Below are positions 13,465 through 25,582 of a DNA stretch of 64,000 nt, piece by piece. The notes under the pieces were generated by a model that saw only the letters and a program-made list of their open reading frames with translations, did no database searches and was not told the DNA's origin. The stretch is from NCBI RefSeq assembly GCF_009914755.1, contig NC_060926.1. One strand, written 5' to 3'. The DNA is from the human T2T-CHM13v2.0 reference genome, Homo sapiens. How positions within the stretch are numbered: the first letter of the stretch is position 1; each line of letters begins with the position of its first letter. Both the position numbers and the translations under genes were made by a program.

Positions 13465-13636
13465 GTGTTTAAGACACAGTGTCTGAATCTCAACTCTGAC
13501 ATTTCCCAGCTGCGTGCCTTTGGGAGAATTACCCAACTCCTCTGGGCCTCCATGCACTCATGCGGATTAGCTCATATTGGTGAAACACTTGAACAGTCCC
13601 TGACACCTGGTAGGTGCTATAGAAATATTTGCTATT
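13465..13636 (+). mobile_element. MIR SINE
   Basis: AGCTGCGTGCCTTTGGGAGAATTACCCAACTCCTCTGGGCCTC...CACTTGAACAGTCCCTGACACCTGGTAGGTGCT. Confidence 0.65.
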
Positions 13637-13637
13637 G

Positions 13638-13938
13638 GTTTTTTTGTTTGGTTTGGTTTTGAGACAGAGTCTCACTCTGTTGCCCAGGCTGGAGTGCAGC
13701 GGCATGATCTCAGCTCATGCAACCTCCACCTCCAGGGTTCAAGCGATTCTCGTGCCTCACCTCCCGAGTAGCTTAGGTTACAGGCGTGCAACGTCCAGCT
13801 GATATTTTTTGTATTTTTAGTAGAAACGGGGTTTTACCATGTCGGCCAGGCTGGTCTCAAACCCCTGACCTCAAGCGATCTGCCAGCCTCAGCCTCCCCA
13901 AGTGTTGGGATTACAGCTGTGAGCCACTGCACCCAGCC
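13638..13938 (-). mobile_element. Alu (AluSz/Sx-like)
   Basis: Antisense Alu with T-rich tail; degenerate TSD AGAAAT(A/G)TTTGCT(A/T)TT at 13621 and 13939. Confidence 0.96.
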
Positions 13939-14099
13939 AGAAATGTTTGCTTTTGTTATTATTGCCACACATATGCCTCATCTTGCTCATTTATTCCACA
14001 TGAATAGGATTTGTGTGCCAATGAGATGACAAGCTTCCTGTACCCTTTCCTCCCCAACACACACAGACACCCAGTCCAGCCTGGTGTGCTCAAGCAAGA

Positions 14100-14312
14100 G
14101 CAGCTCAGACCCTGCTCAGCCTTTTGCTTGTGAAGTAAGCTTGGGCAAATTATTAAACCCCTGCAATCCGGCATGGTCATTTATAAAAGGGAGCTAAGAA
14201 TAACCTGCTTCACAGAGTGGCATAGAATTTACATGAAATTTAGATAAAGCTACTAGTAAATATCAGCAAAGCTCAGTGCCTGGCCTACTACAGGCACTTA
14301 ATGAACGTATTA
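14100..14312 (+). mobile_element. MIR SINE
   Basis: CTTGGGCAAATTATTAAACC...CATTTATAAAAGGGAGCTAAGAATAACCTGCTTCACAGAG...CAGTGCCTGGC. Confidence 0.62.
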
Positions 14313-15659
14313 ATGAATATTTGTAGTAGGCACTGAATGAATGTTTGTTCTCCCCGGTACTGGGCAAACAACAGCTCAGTAAACACTTGGCAGCTTCAGG
14401 TCAGTCCTGAAGAGCATGTGTTAAAGGGGGTGGTGGCATCAAGTGACCAGCCCCACCCTCCACCGCTGGCCACACCTTCCCTAGTGACCACACTGAGAAA
14501 ACACTTAGATGGACCGATGGGTGTGAATCCCTTGAGAGCAAGGCTGCATCTTCTCTCTTGCACTTGCCAGCATCTGGCACAGCTGGGTATTAATCACACA
14601 AGACACAACTCCAGCGGTGGCGGCCCTGGATGTCTGAAATGCTGTCCAGAACATTGAGAGAAAGCCAAAGAAGGAAAGCTGCCCTCAAACATGCCCAGGA
14701 TCTTGCTGGAGATGGAAACTAACAAGGATGGAAACATGACAGCAGAAAAATACAGACCAGTTTGAAGTCTGCCCACCTGGGAGTCAAGCCACATTGAAAA
14801 TCAATAAGGCATCAAGGCCGGGAGCTCGGAGAGCCGACTGGATACCTGCGTGGGCCTCCTTTAAAGAGGTGAAAGCTTTGAAGTTGCAGACGACCAATAA
14901 AAATACAGCTGGCATTTACAGCTTCAACTCCTCCTGCTTTTGCTTTTCACCGTGTTGCTAAAGCTGCCTACAAAGCTGCTCCAGGCCGGACTCTTGGCCC
15001 AGGTTGACAGAGCCCATTCCCATTCCATGGACAATAACAGGGGCTCTTGGTGTCCTCTGGCCAGGGATTGGTGATCAACTTTAGGCACGCTGGCAATTTC
15101 CCAGGACAACCCCGTCTTAGGTTCTGAACATCAGAGGCAATGGCTAAGGTCCCCCAAAGCACTTTGGTAAGTTCAGTTAGAAGCAGGCTAAGTGGTGGCC
15201 AAGATAAGCCTCAGAGAAGCTCATGCTCTTCTGGGATACCTTCGCTCTATTTAGTGTGTTTTCCGTTCTCCTGCCCATTCAGTGTTCCCTTTTCAATGCC
15301 TGTAACACCAGGAGGAGGAAGGGCCTTCTAGAATGAGCCCTTCCCCTCAAAGATGGAGCAATCCAGGTACAACAGGTTAGTCCAAAAGGGAAACAATAGT
15401 TACAGTGAGAGGGAGCTGGACCCTGATTCCCAGCCCAATGCCTAGGATTTAAGATGCTGAAGCTGGAGGCTTTTCTTTCTTCTCTCACTTCTCTATTTAC
15501 CACTCACAGGAAGCTCCAGGACCTTCCTCTTTCTTCAGCAAGCATAGAAAGGGTTCTCAGAACTAGGTGCTCCTGGCCCAGTGAGGGAGACAAGACTTAA
15601 AGCATAAAACATCCAGGCAAAAAGCTACAAAGCAGTCTCAGAATGAATGGAAGGTGTTA

Positions 15660-15845
15660 TGCTATGCAACATATATGGGCAATGTCAGGCTTAATGACCA
15701 AGCTGAGCTAATGTCAATAAACAGAGAACTATTAGGAAATTCATTAATCAAGGTCTTGTTTATACTCCTATTTGTCAACCAAATTATTTGCTTGACTTGT
15801 GACCTCCTTGGTTTATTATGGCCATTTCTGTCATCAGCAGAGCTG
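15660..15845. promoter_or_regulatory. Candidate developmental enhancer (unique, motif-dense)
   Basis: Four TGTCA, several TAAT/ATTA, ATAAACA and TGTTTAT, TCAAGGTC, TTTATTATGG in <190 bp of non-repeat sequence; function inferred only. Confidence 0.4.
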
Positions 15846-17589
15846 GGCTGCTGGAATTTCACACATAGGTAGTCCTGCCTCTGTCTTCAGCATGCTCCTG
15901 GTCAGCCTTCTCCCAGAATCACACCTCTCAGCAGGGGCCAAGGTCTGTCTTCAGTTAACAAATAACCATTCTTTATAATCCAGTGGTTTACTGGGCCTTA
16001 ATTAATTGATTTGCTAATCGCTGTTTCCTGTTTCCAGGAATGAGCCCAGGAAGTTGACCTTTGAAGCACTCTCCTGCTCTTGGGGCCATGTCATCAGGAA
16101 GAAACTCCAGGCTGAAAACACAACTGCAAGGCCAACAGGCAGGGGAGCAGCTTTCTCAGGACACCTGAGGTCCTGCCCCACCAGGCTCTGGTCTTTACAC
16201 ACCATCTCTCACTGTCCTCTAGCCCCAACTGCACATTGCCTTCCTCCTTCCTGAGCTCATGCTTGCCCCTCCCTCGGCATCTCCCTAGCCCCAGCCTGAA
16301 GGCTGACCTCCTCCAGAAAGCCTCTCCCTCACCACGAGGCCAGAAAGAGTCTGTCCTGTCTCTAGCTTCTGAGTTTCTTAGTCCCAACGACTGTCCCTGC
16401 TCCACTGACACCTTCCATACACAGCTTTGTGAGCTGTGCGCATCTGTGGGTACCAGAGGGTAAGTTCGAGGGCCAGCTGACGCCTACTGTCTCTACTGTC
16501 TCACAGATCTGCATTGGGTTTCCTTGGTCCCAATCCCCCACAGACACACATACATGTACACACTCACACACACAACGCTGGACCAATAGAGAGAACTTTA
16601 TCAGTAAAATGTAACTATTTCATTACACCAGAAGCTATCCGTGTTTAAGGCCCTATCCCCAAAGCAAGTAGAGAATGACAATTATCTTGGTAAGGAACAA
16701 GGGCCTTCCCACTTCCATCCCCTAAATTACACTAATTTCTGGCGTTTCCACCTTCTCTGAGCCAGTGCTTCCATTTGGGAAATAAATATGAAATGATTTA
16801 TCCATTCAAAGTGACAGATCACAGGTTTGTAGGTAGCAGGCAGGGGAATCTGCCTCACAAAGGTAGACATCCTTTATGACTTTGAAGGGAAAAGGGTGAA
16901 GGGCCCTGTGGGGAGTGGCAGCGAGGATCAGATTTCTCCAGAATCACTCGGAGTAATATCTATCCTCAGCAGCCGCCCTGTGGATTCTGACACATCTCAA
17001 AAAAGCAGGGGTCTGGAAAAAGCAGTCAGCATCTCTTACCTTCTGCAAAAAGCTACTGTGCAGACTGTTCCTTTGTAGTTTGGACTTAAAGAAAAAAAAA
17101 TCAAACCATCTTGGAAAAATCAGAAAGCAGATGCGTCCATAATGGAACTTGGCAAGAGCAATAGAAACCTCGTTATGGGTGTTACAGGCACTCACACCTC
17201 AATTAACGTAGGGGGCGTGGGGCTGCTGGTTTCTCTGCACAGATGTCAGGGTGAGAGACCCTCATGGCCAGAAGACTTAGATACCCTGAGACTCCTTCTG
17301 AAACTAAGGACCCGGGATCCCCACCCAGCCCTGGCCTAGGATCCTTTTCAGAGCTTCGGAGCCTCATGTCCAGGGTAGTCCGTGGACACGGGGCCACCTC
17401 TGGTGCACCCTGGGCTGCCTAGGCCGCCAAGCCCACCCTGGAGTGGCAGGAGCTCAGCCTGTGGCCAGCTCTGCACCCACAGCCACGACCTGGTGCCGAA
17501 TTTTACTATCTGCCATTTACCATTCTGACGGGGAAAACAAATTTAAAACACCTGGAAATTTATGTCTCTGATGGGTCAGGTTGCACTGT

Positions 17590-17750
17590 TCCATTATATT
17601 AAATAATCCAGGCTGTGCGCTTCAAAGGCCGCCGGCCTCGGGAGGCCGCCAGGGCGCGGGGCCTTTGTTAGCGGTGGGGATGCGGGCAGCCCATGGCCCA
17701 CCTGCGCCTGGGAGCGCCCCAGGGTGCTTGGGCCTGAAGGCCGGCGTTGG
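17590..17750. promoter_or_regulatory. Small CpG-rich element with TCF/LEF and GCCGCC motifs
   Basis: About 13 CpGs in ~135 bp; CTTCAAAGG at 17620-17628, CCTTTGTT at 17662-17669, two GCCGCC between them. Confidence 0.5.
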
Positions 17751-19170
17751 GGGAGAGGGTGGCCTTCAGAATCAGCCCCAGGCACTGGCATGTGCTCTTT
17801 CGGAGGCCTGCTTTCCCTTTCCCTGGACTGGGTATGACTCTCATCTGCACTGGCCTGGGTTCAGAAGGTGGAGGTTTCCTTTCTCACCCGGTCACTCACA
17901 GGCTCAGTGACGTGGGGCCCCAGTCTCCTCCTCTGTGTAACAGGACCTTAGTGGCAGGCAGCTCTGTTCGCGTGGCTGACGCCCCTCCCCAGCCCCATTC
18001 TGTGCCCCAGACTTACCAGGGGGGCTCAATTGGCTCTGTTCAAACTCTCAGAAGCTCTGAAGGTCAAGGTGAGCATGAAGGGTTGAGAAGATTGGAATTT
18101 GGAGGAATGATCAAACTGCTTAGACTTGGGTGGCTAGCGGGGTCAGTAGCAGAAGCTGGGAGAACGCTCAGGAGGCTCTTGCTAAGCAAAGCTCTCAAGG
18201 CCAGGCTGGCCAAGAGCAGCACTGGTTTTGGGCAAGAAGGAGTTCCGTACCCTGGGACCATCCGGCGAGTGACCCTCACCCAGCACTGACACTGCAGGGG
18301 ATGTGGGAGGGCCAAGGGGCAGGGGTGAGGACTTGTGTCCCAGAAGCTGGGCAGGAAGGATAGGTGAGTTGTGCCTGGAGTCTGAAACCAACAGACTGGT
18401 TTAAGAACTCATATGAGGTCTTGGAAACTTCTAGAAAATGCTAGAGGATGGGATGGGAGTGGGCTCTGAGATGTTATCACCCTATGGTGAGGCCTGTGAA
18501 GCTTCTCAACGTTTGTGCTACATCTATAAGATGGAGATGAAGCTTCCTGCTCCCTCTGCCTCACAGCACTGCTGCAAGGACCAGAGCACACGTCTTCTGG
18601 AAGCACCTTGTAAACCTAAGATTCTGTAAATGAAGTCTTATTTTTGCAGTTGGGAAAAGGAAACCTGGAGGAGGCTGGGAACATGGCAAAGCCACAGCAG
18701 AAAGAGAAGACAGAGCTGGGTGTTCTCACTCCCAGCTCTGTGATGTCCAGCCCCCCATCCTGCCGGTCATCAGGGCTCCCGCCCCCTCCCCCATGTCGCC
18801 TCTAATCCTCTAAGTGTATCATGGATCCTTCCCCAGGTCACTGGTGACACCCTGCTCAGCCACAGCACCAGAGAGGAGAGAAAACACCACAACAGTCTTC
18901 ATAGAACTAAAAGACTTCCTAGAGCGCGCTTGCCCTTTGTTTCTATAGCTGCTGCTACGTGGATAAGAGTCACTAGTTCAGCTCATATTCAGGACCAACA
19001 GAACACTTCCAAAGGTGGCTCACCTCAGAGACTGGGACTCCAGAGGTCAGCGTGCCTCTGTCTAGCTGTGCTTTCTAGTGAACACGTTACTTCACCTCCC
19101 CTGGGCTCAGTCTTGTCACTTTGGCAATGAGGGCATTTGGCGGCATTCTCTGAAGCCACCCTACCCCCTT

Positions 19171-19322
19171 CAATGGTCTGGAACCTTAGCAGCACATTTG
19201 AATCATCTGAGGAGCTTTTTTAAAATACCACGGCCTGGGCTCTGCCCCGAGAGGTTCTGATCTAATTGGTCTGGGATAGAACCTCAGGTGGTTCTCATGT
19301 GCGGGCAAGCTGGAGGACCCCT
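19171..19322 (-). mobile_element. MER5B (hAT-Charlie MITE)
   Basis: GCAGCACATTTGAATCATCTGAGGAGCTTTTTAAAATACC...TTCTGATCTAATTGGTCTGGG...CAGGTGGTTCTCATGTGC. Confidence 0.72.
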
Positions 19323-20224
19323 ACACTAGTTGTTATGAGGATTTTATTCAGCAAACATCAAACCCCACATGGAGTGGTCCAGGGGCCAGAACCTAGACAT
19401 TCAAGAGGGAGTTCCTGTGAGTTTAACTTCCTCTCCTGGAATAAAAATTTTAAGAACTCAAAAAGCACAAAAGTTGATTTTTGGGGGGGGTCTCTTTTCA
19501 AATTATGACCCTAAAGTTAGGCCGCCATCAGTCATATATAGGTCAGAAGGGGGCCCAGTCCTGACTTGGATGTTAGATGAGTTTATTGGCCACAGAGAGA
19601 CTAAATCTTAAAGGACCCCCTTGGCAGAAGGAATCAGCAGCCAGCGTGGCCACTCGACTGCCTGACCCAGACCCCCAAGGTGAAGAGGCCCTTTGAGCCT
19701 CCATGCAGCAGCCCTGCCAGGAGGCACCACTGTGATGTATCACTGTGGTCAACCATCCCTCCAAGCCTCAGGGCAGCCTTTGAACTGGGTTGCCCTGCCC
19801 ACAGTGTGAAGCCAGTGCTCTGAACAGGCATGTCGGAGAATACTGCCAGAAAGTCACTCCTCGGGACCAAGTAGGGAAGGGCCTTAACGAGCAGCAAAAA
19901 GTTATCCTTCAATGTGTTTAAAAGAAATCCTGTGTTAACCCTTTTAAGGATACTAAATGGCAGATGTTGGTGCTTGAAGAGGCCTGGCCCAAACCCTCCC
20001 CACAAGCAGAATAGGTTCTCTCATCCCCATGTTACCTCTACAGTAAAAACCCAGAGGAAGAGCTGATCATGTGCTGCCCACCTGGTCTACTCCAGTGAAA
20101 CAGGATCATTTCTAATTAGCCAGACTCTAAACAAATGGGTACAATTGACATGCTGGGAACATTTTTGTTTAAGTGATAATGAAAATATTTTCCCTTTATT
20201 ACGTGCTTGACTCGGATGTGTGGC

Positions 20225-20345
20225 ACAGGATGGCACTTCATAACCGCTTGAGAAAGTGAGGCAGGTATTCATGTCACTATTTTACAGATTAGGCACCCAG
20301 CATAAGTTAATGCCAGGGCAAGACCGTTTGTAAGCCAGGTCTCCT
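20225..20345 (-). mobile_element. MIR fragment
   Basis: GTGAGGCAGGTATT...CTATTTTACAGATTAGG is an antisense MIR core. Confidence 0.5.
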
Positions 20346-20499
20346 GGCTTATCCCCTCCTCATGTTACTGTAATTCTCTCTCCAGCTGCAATCAAGCTTA
20401 CATTATCTGTGTGCTCACCAATTTTATTTTTAATTTAAAGGCATATGTTGTGTTCCCAATTATAATTAAAAAATTTAAAAGTATATTATGTTTAAAGTA

Positions 20500-20680
20500 T
20501 GAACCCAAGTCTGAAAAAGTGTAAGTTATACTCATATAGAATAAAATAACCAAAATAAAATACATCAAAATATTAACCATGGTTATCTATGGATGGTGAG
20601 AATGTGGTTGACTTTCACTGTCTTTATTCTACCTTTCTATATATTTTGAGAACTTTAAAATGAGCATGTGTTAACTTGGA
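20500..20680 (+). mobile_element. Old L1 (L1ME-like) 3' fragment
   Basis: ATACATCAAAATATTAACCATGGTTATCTATGGATGGTGAGAAT...AATGAGCATGTGTTAAC. Confidence 0.5.
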
Positions 20681-21366
20681 ATTTCAAAACAAGATGTTTC
20701 AAAAATTGAGTTTTGGTTCAGCAGACTATGCAAGAATAAGCTTCTGTTGGCCCCATCTGCGTCATCATGAATTTCAAAATGGCACTGATCCAGTTGGGAA
20801 TGGCAATTACCAAGGGAGAGCTTATAGTTTAGCACCCCAAGCAAAGCCCAAAATTCATGGCTGTTAGCCATCACAATGGCCAATTTCTCAGGGATCACTC
20901 CAATTAGGATCTTCTCCATGGCTTACAACACTAGCCCTCTGACTTCAGACAAGGCGCATCTGCAGCACAGCTGGAGCAGCTGGGTTGGAAAATCAATCAC
21001 TGCCCAACAACTGTGCAACTGATGGCCCATCAATCAGAAACATAGGGCGTTCACTCCATTTGTAAAACACATACATTTGCTTGCAAATCTGCAAATGCAA
21101 TAAGCAGCCCAAGCAGCTCCAGCCCTGGAAAAATGGCAGCACCAGTCAATTTTGCCTGTAGAGAGTCACAGACGGTCAACCCAAATGAAGCACTCCCATT
21201 GCAAGAGTCCACAAAGACCTCTAGCCCCACACTCACTGGCCCTCAAAGCCCCTACAAACCCACAGGACAGAGTTCTCCAGATATATTCAAGACCTGACAA
21301 CAGTCATGCTTTAACTCCATGAGAATCCATCAGTGCTTGAATAATTTCTTTGAGACCTTCTAATTG

Positions 21367-21441
21367 TTCCTTCCTTCCTTCCTTCTTCCTCCTCATCCCT
21401 TTCTCCCTTTCTCCCTTCCTTCCTCTCTTCCTTTCTTTTTT
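21367..21441 (+). repeat. CT-rich (TTCC)n low-complexity tract
   Basis: Near-pure pyrimidine run seen directly. Confidence 0.8.
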
Positions 21442-21990
21442 CTAAAATTCAAACATCAAAGGAGAAATGTCTTTTCCCTCGGTCATGGTCAGATGAAGAC
21501 CTAGTTCGTAGAACTTAAATGCACACCTGCACATGAACCAATTTCTGGGGCAAATTTACTTTCTCGGCATCTAAAAACTTTGTTGCAAGGTCCACAGACA
21601 ACATCACTCCACACAGCATTTTAGATGCCCTCAGTAAATGTATTCAGAATAAATATATGAACAGAACACTTTATAGCCATAGCCGCCTCTGTTCCCTCCA
21701 GGACACCCTAACACTGCCTCGCGATGTCTCCCTCATTTGCCCGTGGAGTAAGGTGAAGAGTCCTTGGCCTTTGGCCTGGCACCAGGGTGGAAAGATAGCC
21801 CAGCCAATATCCCTGATACCTACCAAGGCCGCTTAATATGTTCCTCTCCGAATAATAATAATGGTAAGTATAAGCATCATATATCACTTTGTAATTGATA
21901 GATAATCTCACTTGATCCTGAAAATCCTGCCAAATAAGCATTATCATCACCAAGAAAGATGAGAAAACTGAAAGGGAACTAAGGGAGAAG

Positions 21991-22240
21991 AATATTTAAT
22001 AAGGATCTATCAGTGATGTGTAGCACTGTGCTAAGTAGTTTTCCAATGTGAGATCATCCATTCTTTAGGATACCCCTGAAGAACGTAGCATGTAGATATT
22101 ATTAGACCCAATTTATAGGTGAGGAATTAAGACTCAAAAAGGAAAAAGAATCACAGAGGTTGTAAGACATAACAAGGTCACATGGTAAGTGATGGAATGA
22201 ACTTGGATTTAAACCTGAGACTTCTGACTCCAAATTCTCA
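21991..22240 (-). mobile_element. MIR SINE
   Basis: GCACTGTGCTAAGT...ATTTATAGGTGAGGAATTAAGACTCA...CAAGGTCACATGG...GGATTTAAACCTGAGACTTCTGACTCCA. Confidence 0.75.
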
Positions 22241-23039
22241 AAACTTTCTGACTATAGTTTTGTGAATCCAAGTATGTTAGTGGCATAGTTCTTAAAGTCA
22301 CATGAGCTTTCCTGGTTGGCTGATAACCTGAAGCTCAGGATTTCTTTTTTGGAGCAGAAGACTGGACCAGGAAAACCCCCAAACAGCCCAACCGGAAGTC
22401 CAAACTCAATCTTGGGGATAGCCTTCCATGACCCACCCTAGCCCAACTCAGCCCTGAGGCTAGAGCTCAGGATTCTGGAGGCACCATTACATGAATAGCT
22501 AGCAAGTCCAGTGTCAGGCCAACTCCCCCATCCCTGTCCTCTCAGCCCAGAACTGCAGGCTCTGTTTGCTCCTGAGGGAATGCTTCTTGAAGCTCCAGGA
22601 TCCTCCACCTGCACTGGTTTGGGAAAAGAAAGACCGAGCTGCCTCTGCCTATGGCTTTCAGAGCCTTTCCCTCTGTGAGCACGGAGTGCATGCCACTGTG
22701 GCGGCAGGAGGGAGTGCTGCAATGGGCTCCACTCCTGTTCTGAGAAACTTAATAGTGGTATTACTAATGCATCAGAAAACTCCAGGCAGCAGAACCAGAC
22801 TGCCAAACCATATCGTGCTTGAGGGTGAGCTGCAAAATGAAGGGGCAAGCGGTACACAGGGAGCTTGGGTTCATGGGGCTCAGAAATCATACTCATAGAC
22901 AGCAGTTATTGAGCATTATTTACATGTGCCAGGTGGAAGAGCAATCGAGCTTTTCCATATGGTTCCAAGGAAGGACCACAGGGAAGAAGCTAAAGGGAGA
23001 CCCACCTCAGGTTGTAAAGGGAAGAACAAGGCTATGTAG

Positions 23040-23210
23040 AGATACAAAGGCTGCCTTGGTGGATAGTGCATTTCTTGTCACTGGAGGTATTCAGACATAG
23101 TGTGGACAAGCCCTTGCTGTGAGGCTGTAGATAGAATTACGGATTAGGGCAGAGGGTAAGATGTGAAGATCTTCAATGTCCCTTTCAACGATGAGGTTTC
23201 TGTGATTCTA
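23040..23210 (+). mobile_element. L3/CR1 LINE 3' end
   Basis: TCACTGGAGGTATTCAG...GATCTTCAATGTCCCTTTCAAC...TTCTGTGATTCTA is a CR1-type terminus. Confidence 0.65.
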
Positions 23211-24434
23211 CTTTGGTGCCGCAACCTGGTAGCTCCTCTCTTCCATCCTTCGAACCAGGCATTTGCTGAACAAGGAGCAAGTTTGGCCCCCCATACCAGG
23301 AAGGAGAGGAGCTGCGGAGCTGCTCGGCTGCTCAAGGCTGCTGCGCCACCCGTGGAGTCCAGGTGCGGTGCACGGGGAAGAGGCTACGGTGGATTATGGA
23401 GAACTATCCCCAAGACTGCATTTGGACTTTAAGGAAAGCTACATCTATCAGGCCCTTCCTGCACTCCCTAATCTCACAAGCTCTTTGTAAAAATTCTCAG
23501 AGCCATGGTGCTCTTTTTGGCATTTGCAGTGAACACAGAATCCAAAACTACTTTCTGTTACTGAAATAAACCCTGATTCCCAAAGAAACAGGTCTTTTGG
23601 ACAGCATCGGATTCCTTCCCTTGCTATTGCCAGTTGCTGTTTTTCTTTACTTTGTAACGTTCAGTTTTTCCCACAGTTTGCCACTCTGGAAAAAATGTGG
23701 AAACGGGGCTCTCATATGTTTGAGATGGAGAGCAAACTCCTGCTGGAAAAAATGAAATCTCCAACCTGGAGCCCCAAGCCTGAGTCAAACTTTCCACTGA
23801 ATCAAGATCTCTACTTACAACCTGAGAGGCAAAATTAAGTTGTAATATTCCAGCAAATAGCTGCAGCCATTCAGAATGCTACTCCTGGCTCCTTGGCTGG
23901 ATCACAAACCAATGCAGAGGCAAATTTAATTACCTGTCAGGAACTAAATAAAAGGTTTGCTTCATCTAATATTCCCAGTGTGCAGGACAGCTATGAAAAC
24001 AGTCTGACGCTCAATCGATTTGCTGTTTACAGAGGCCCAAAGAGGCTCTGAGACACACAAGTGGGCTACTTGAAGCTTGCGCTAGTTTAAATATTCTTTA
24101 GTGTATTTGCCAACTGCTCCCTATTCCTGAGCTACACTCAAAGCCACTGCCTATCCCCAAGGGCTCTTCCATCTGTTCCTTAAAAATATTCCACGATCTT
24201 TCCTTTCAGATGTCAAAAATGGCTGGTAAGGCAAGTCCCACTCCATTAGATTACCCACAGCAGAATGCTCATCTCCTGCAGAGAGAATCTGGCTTTCTGA
24301 GGTCCACTGCCAACTCAGCAAGAGTCCAGGCTGCCTTTTACCTCTGGCAGCATCGGCCATCAGGGAGTCAGGGCAGAAAGGATGTTTTTGCACCAGGAAA
24401 CTTTGATTAACAAGGCTAAGTTCACATCCATTGC

Positions 24435-24520
24435 TCTAAACCTCAGTTTCCCCAACTGTAACCTGGGGAAACCTGCCCTGCCCACTCACAGGGTTGTAGT
24501 GAGCCTAAGTGTGATGATGA
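24435..24520 (+). mobile_element. MIR fragment
   Basis: CCTCAGTTTCCCCAACTGTAA...CTCACAGGGTTGTAGTGAG. Confidence 0.6.
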
Positions 24521-24964
24521 GCCCAAAAGACCTGGGCTGATGTAAGGAGGTGTTACTGCTGATTGATACGTGCAATGGCGTTTCATTGTCTGGAGGTGGA
24601 GAGCCCAAGGCTGGGGGAGGAGCAATTTCTATCTTCATGGAAGTTGTAAATGGCAGCTGTGAGCAGCACACGGAGAACACAGAGGAAGGGCAGGGCCTGA
24701 CTGTGATGGGAGATAGGCAGGACACAGCCAGCTCCCAACAGAGCTTCTCCTCCAAGGCTTTGCAGAAAGCAGAGTCAGTCCACAGAATTGCTTGAGAGAG
24801 CCCACTCAACTTGTTTAAGGTAAGACCCTGAAGATGCTACAAAAGCAGCAGTTTGTTGGAAATGAAGGGCAAAATCAAGACTGGAGACAGGAGCTTTAAT
24901 GTTTTAGAATCATTTCTTCCCTGTGCCTAAAGTCAGAAGTATGGGTTTTTAGAGCAAGGACTCC

Positions 24965-25045
24965 ATGTTGCTGTATCACTTGGACACGTTACTTAATGTT
25001 ACTTAACTTCTCTGAGCCTCAGTTTCCTTACCTATAAAATAGATT
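24965..25045 (+). mobile_element. MIR fragment
   Basis: GTTACTTAACTTCTCTGAGCCTCAGTTTCCTTACCTATAAAATAG. Confidence 0.65.
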
Positions 25046-25209
25046 TTGAAAAAAGTAAATAATCTTATAAGTGAAAATCATTATGTAAACAATTCTTGTA
25101 CCATGACGGCTTCTGCCAGTTTTCACCTAGAAGCCTGGAGGACCTTGGTAAATAACTGGACTCATCTGTCCTCACTCTATCCTCAAGAAGTTTGTTCCAA
25201 AAAGGGCAG

Positions 25210-25582
25210 TGTATTAGTCTGTTCTCACACTGCTATAAAGAGCTGCCCAAGACTGGGTAATGTTTAAAGAAAAGAGGTGTAATTGACTGGCAATTCCACA
25301 TGGCTGGGGAGGCCTCAGGAAACTTACAATCATGGCGGAAGGAGAACAGGCACATCTTATATGGCAGCAGGTGAGAGTGAGTGTGTTAAGCCCAGGGGGG
25401 ATCCGCCATTTATAAAACGATCAGATCTCGTGAGAACTCCCTCACTATCACAAGAGCAGCATGGGGGAAACTGCCCCATGATCCAGTCACCTTCCATGAG
25501 GTCCCTCCCTCAACATGTGGAGATTATGGGGATTACAATTTCAGATGAGATTTGGGTGGTGACACAGAGCCAAACCATATCA
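25210..25582 (-). mobile_element. THE1D-like MaLR solo LTR
   Basis: TGTATTAGTCTGTTCTCACACTGCT...GAGATTTGGGTGGTGACACAGAGCCAAACCATATCA; 5-bp TSD GGCAG at 25205-25209 and 25583-25587. Confidence 0.92.

Noticed and set aside
17747-18289. 180-aa ORF downstream of the CpG patch
   Set aside because: Non-ATG start, no homology recognised, expected by chance in GC-richer DNA
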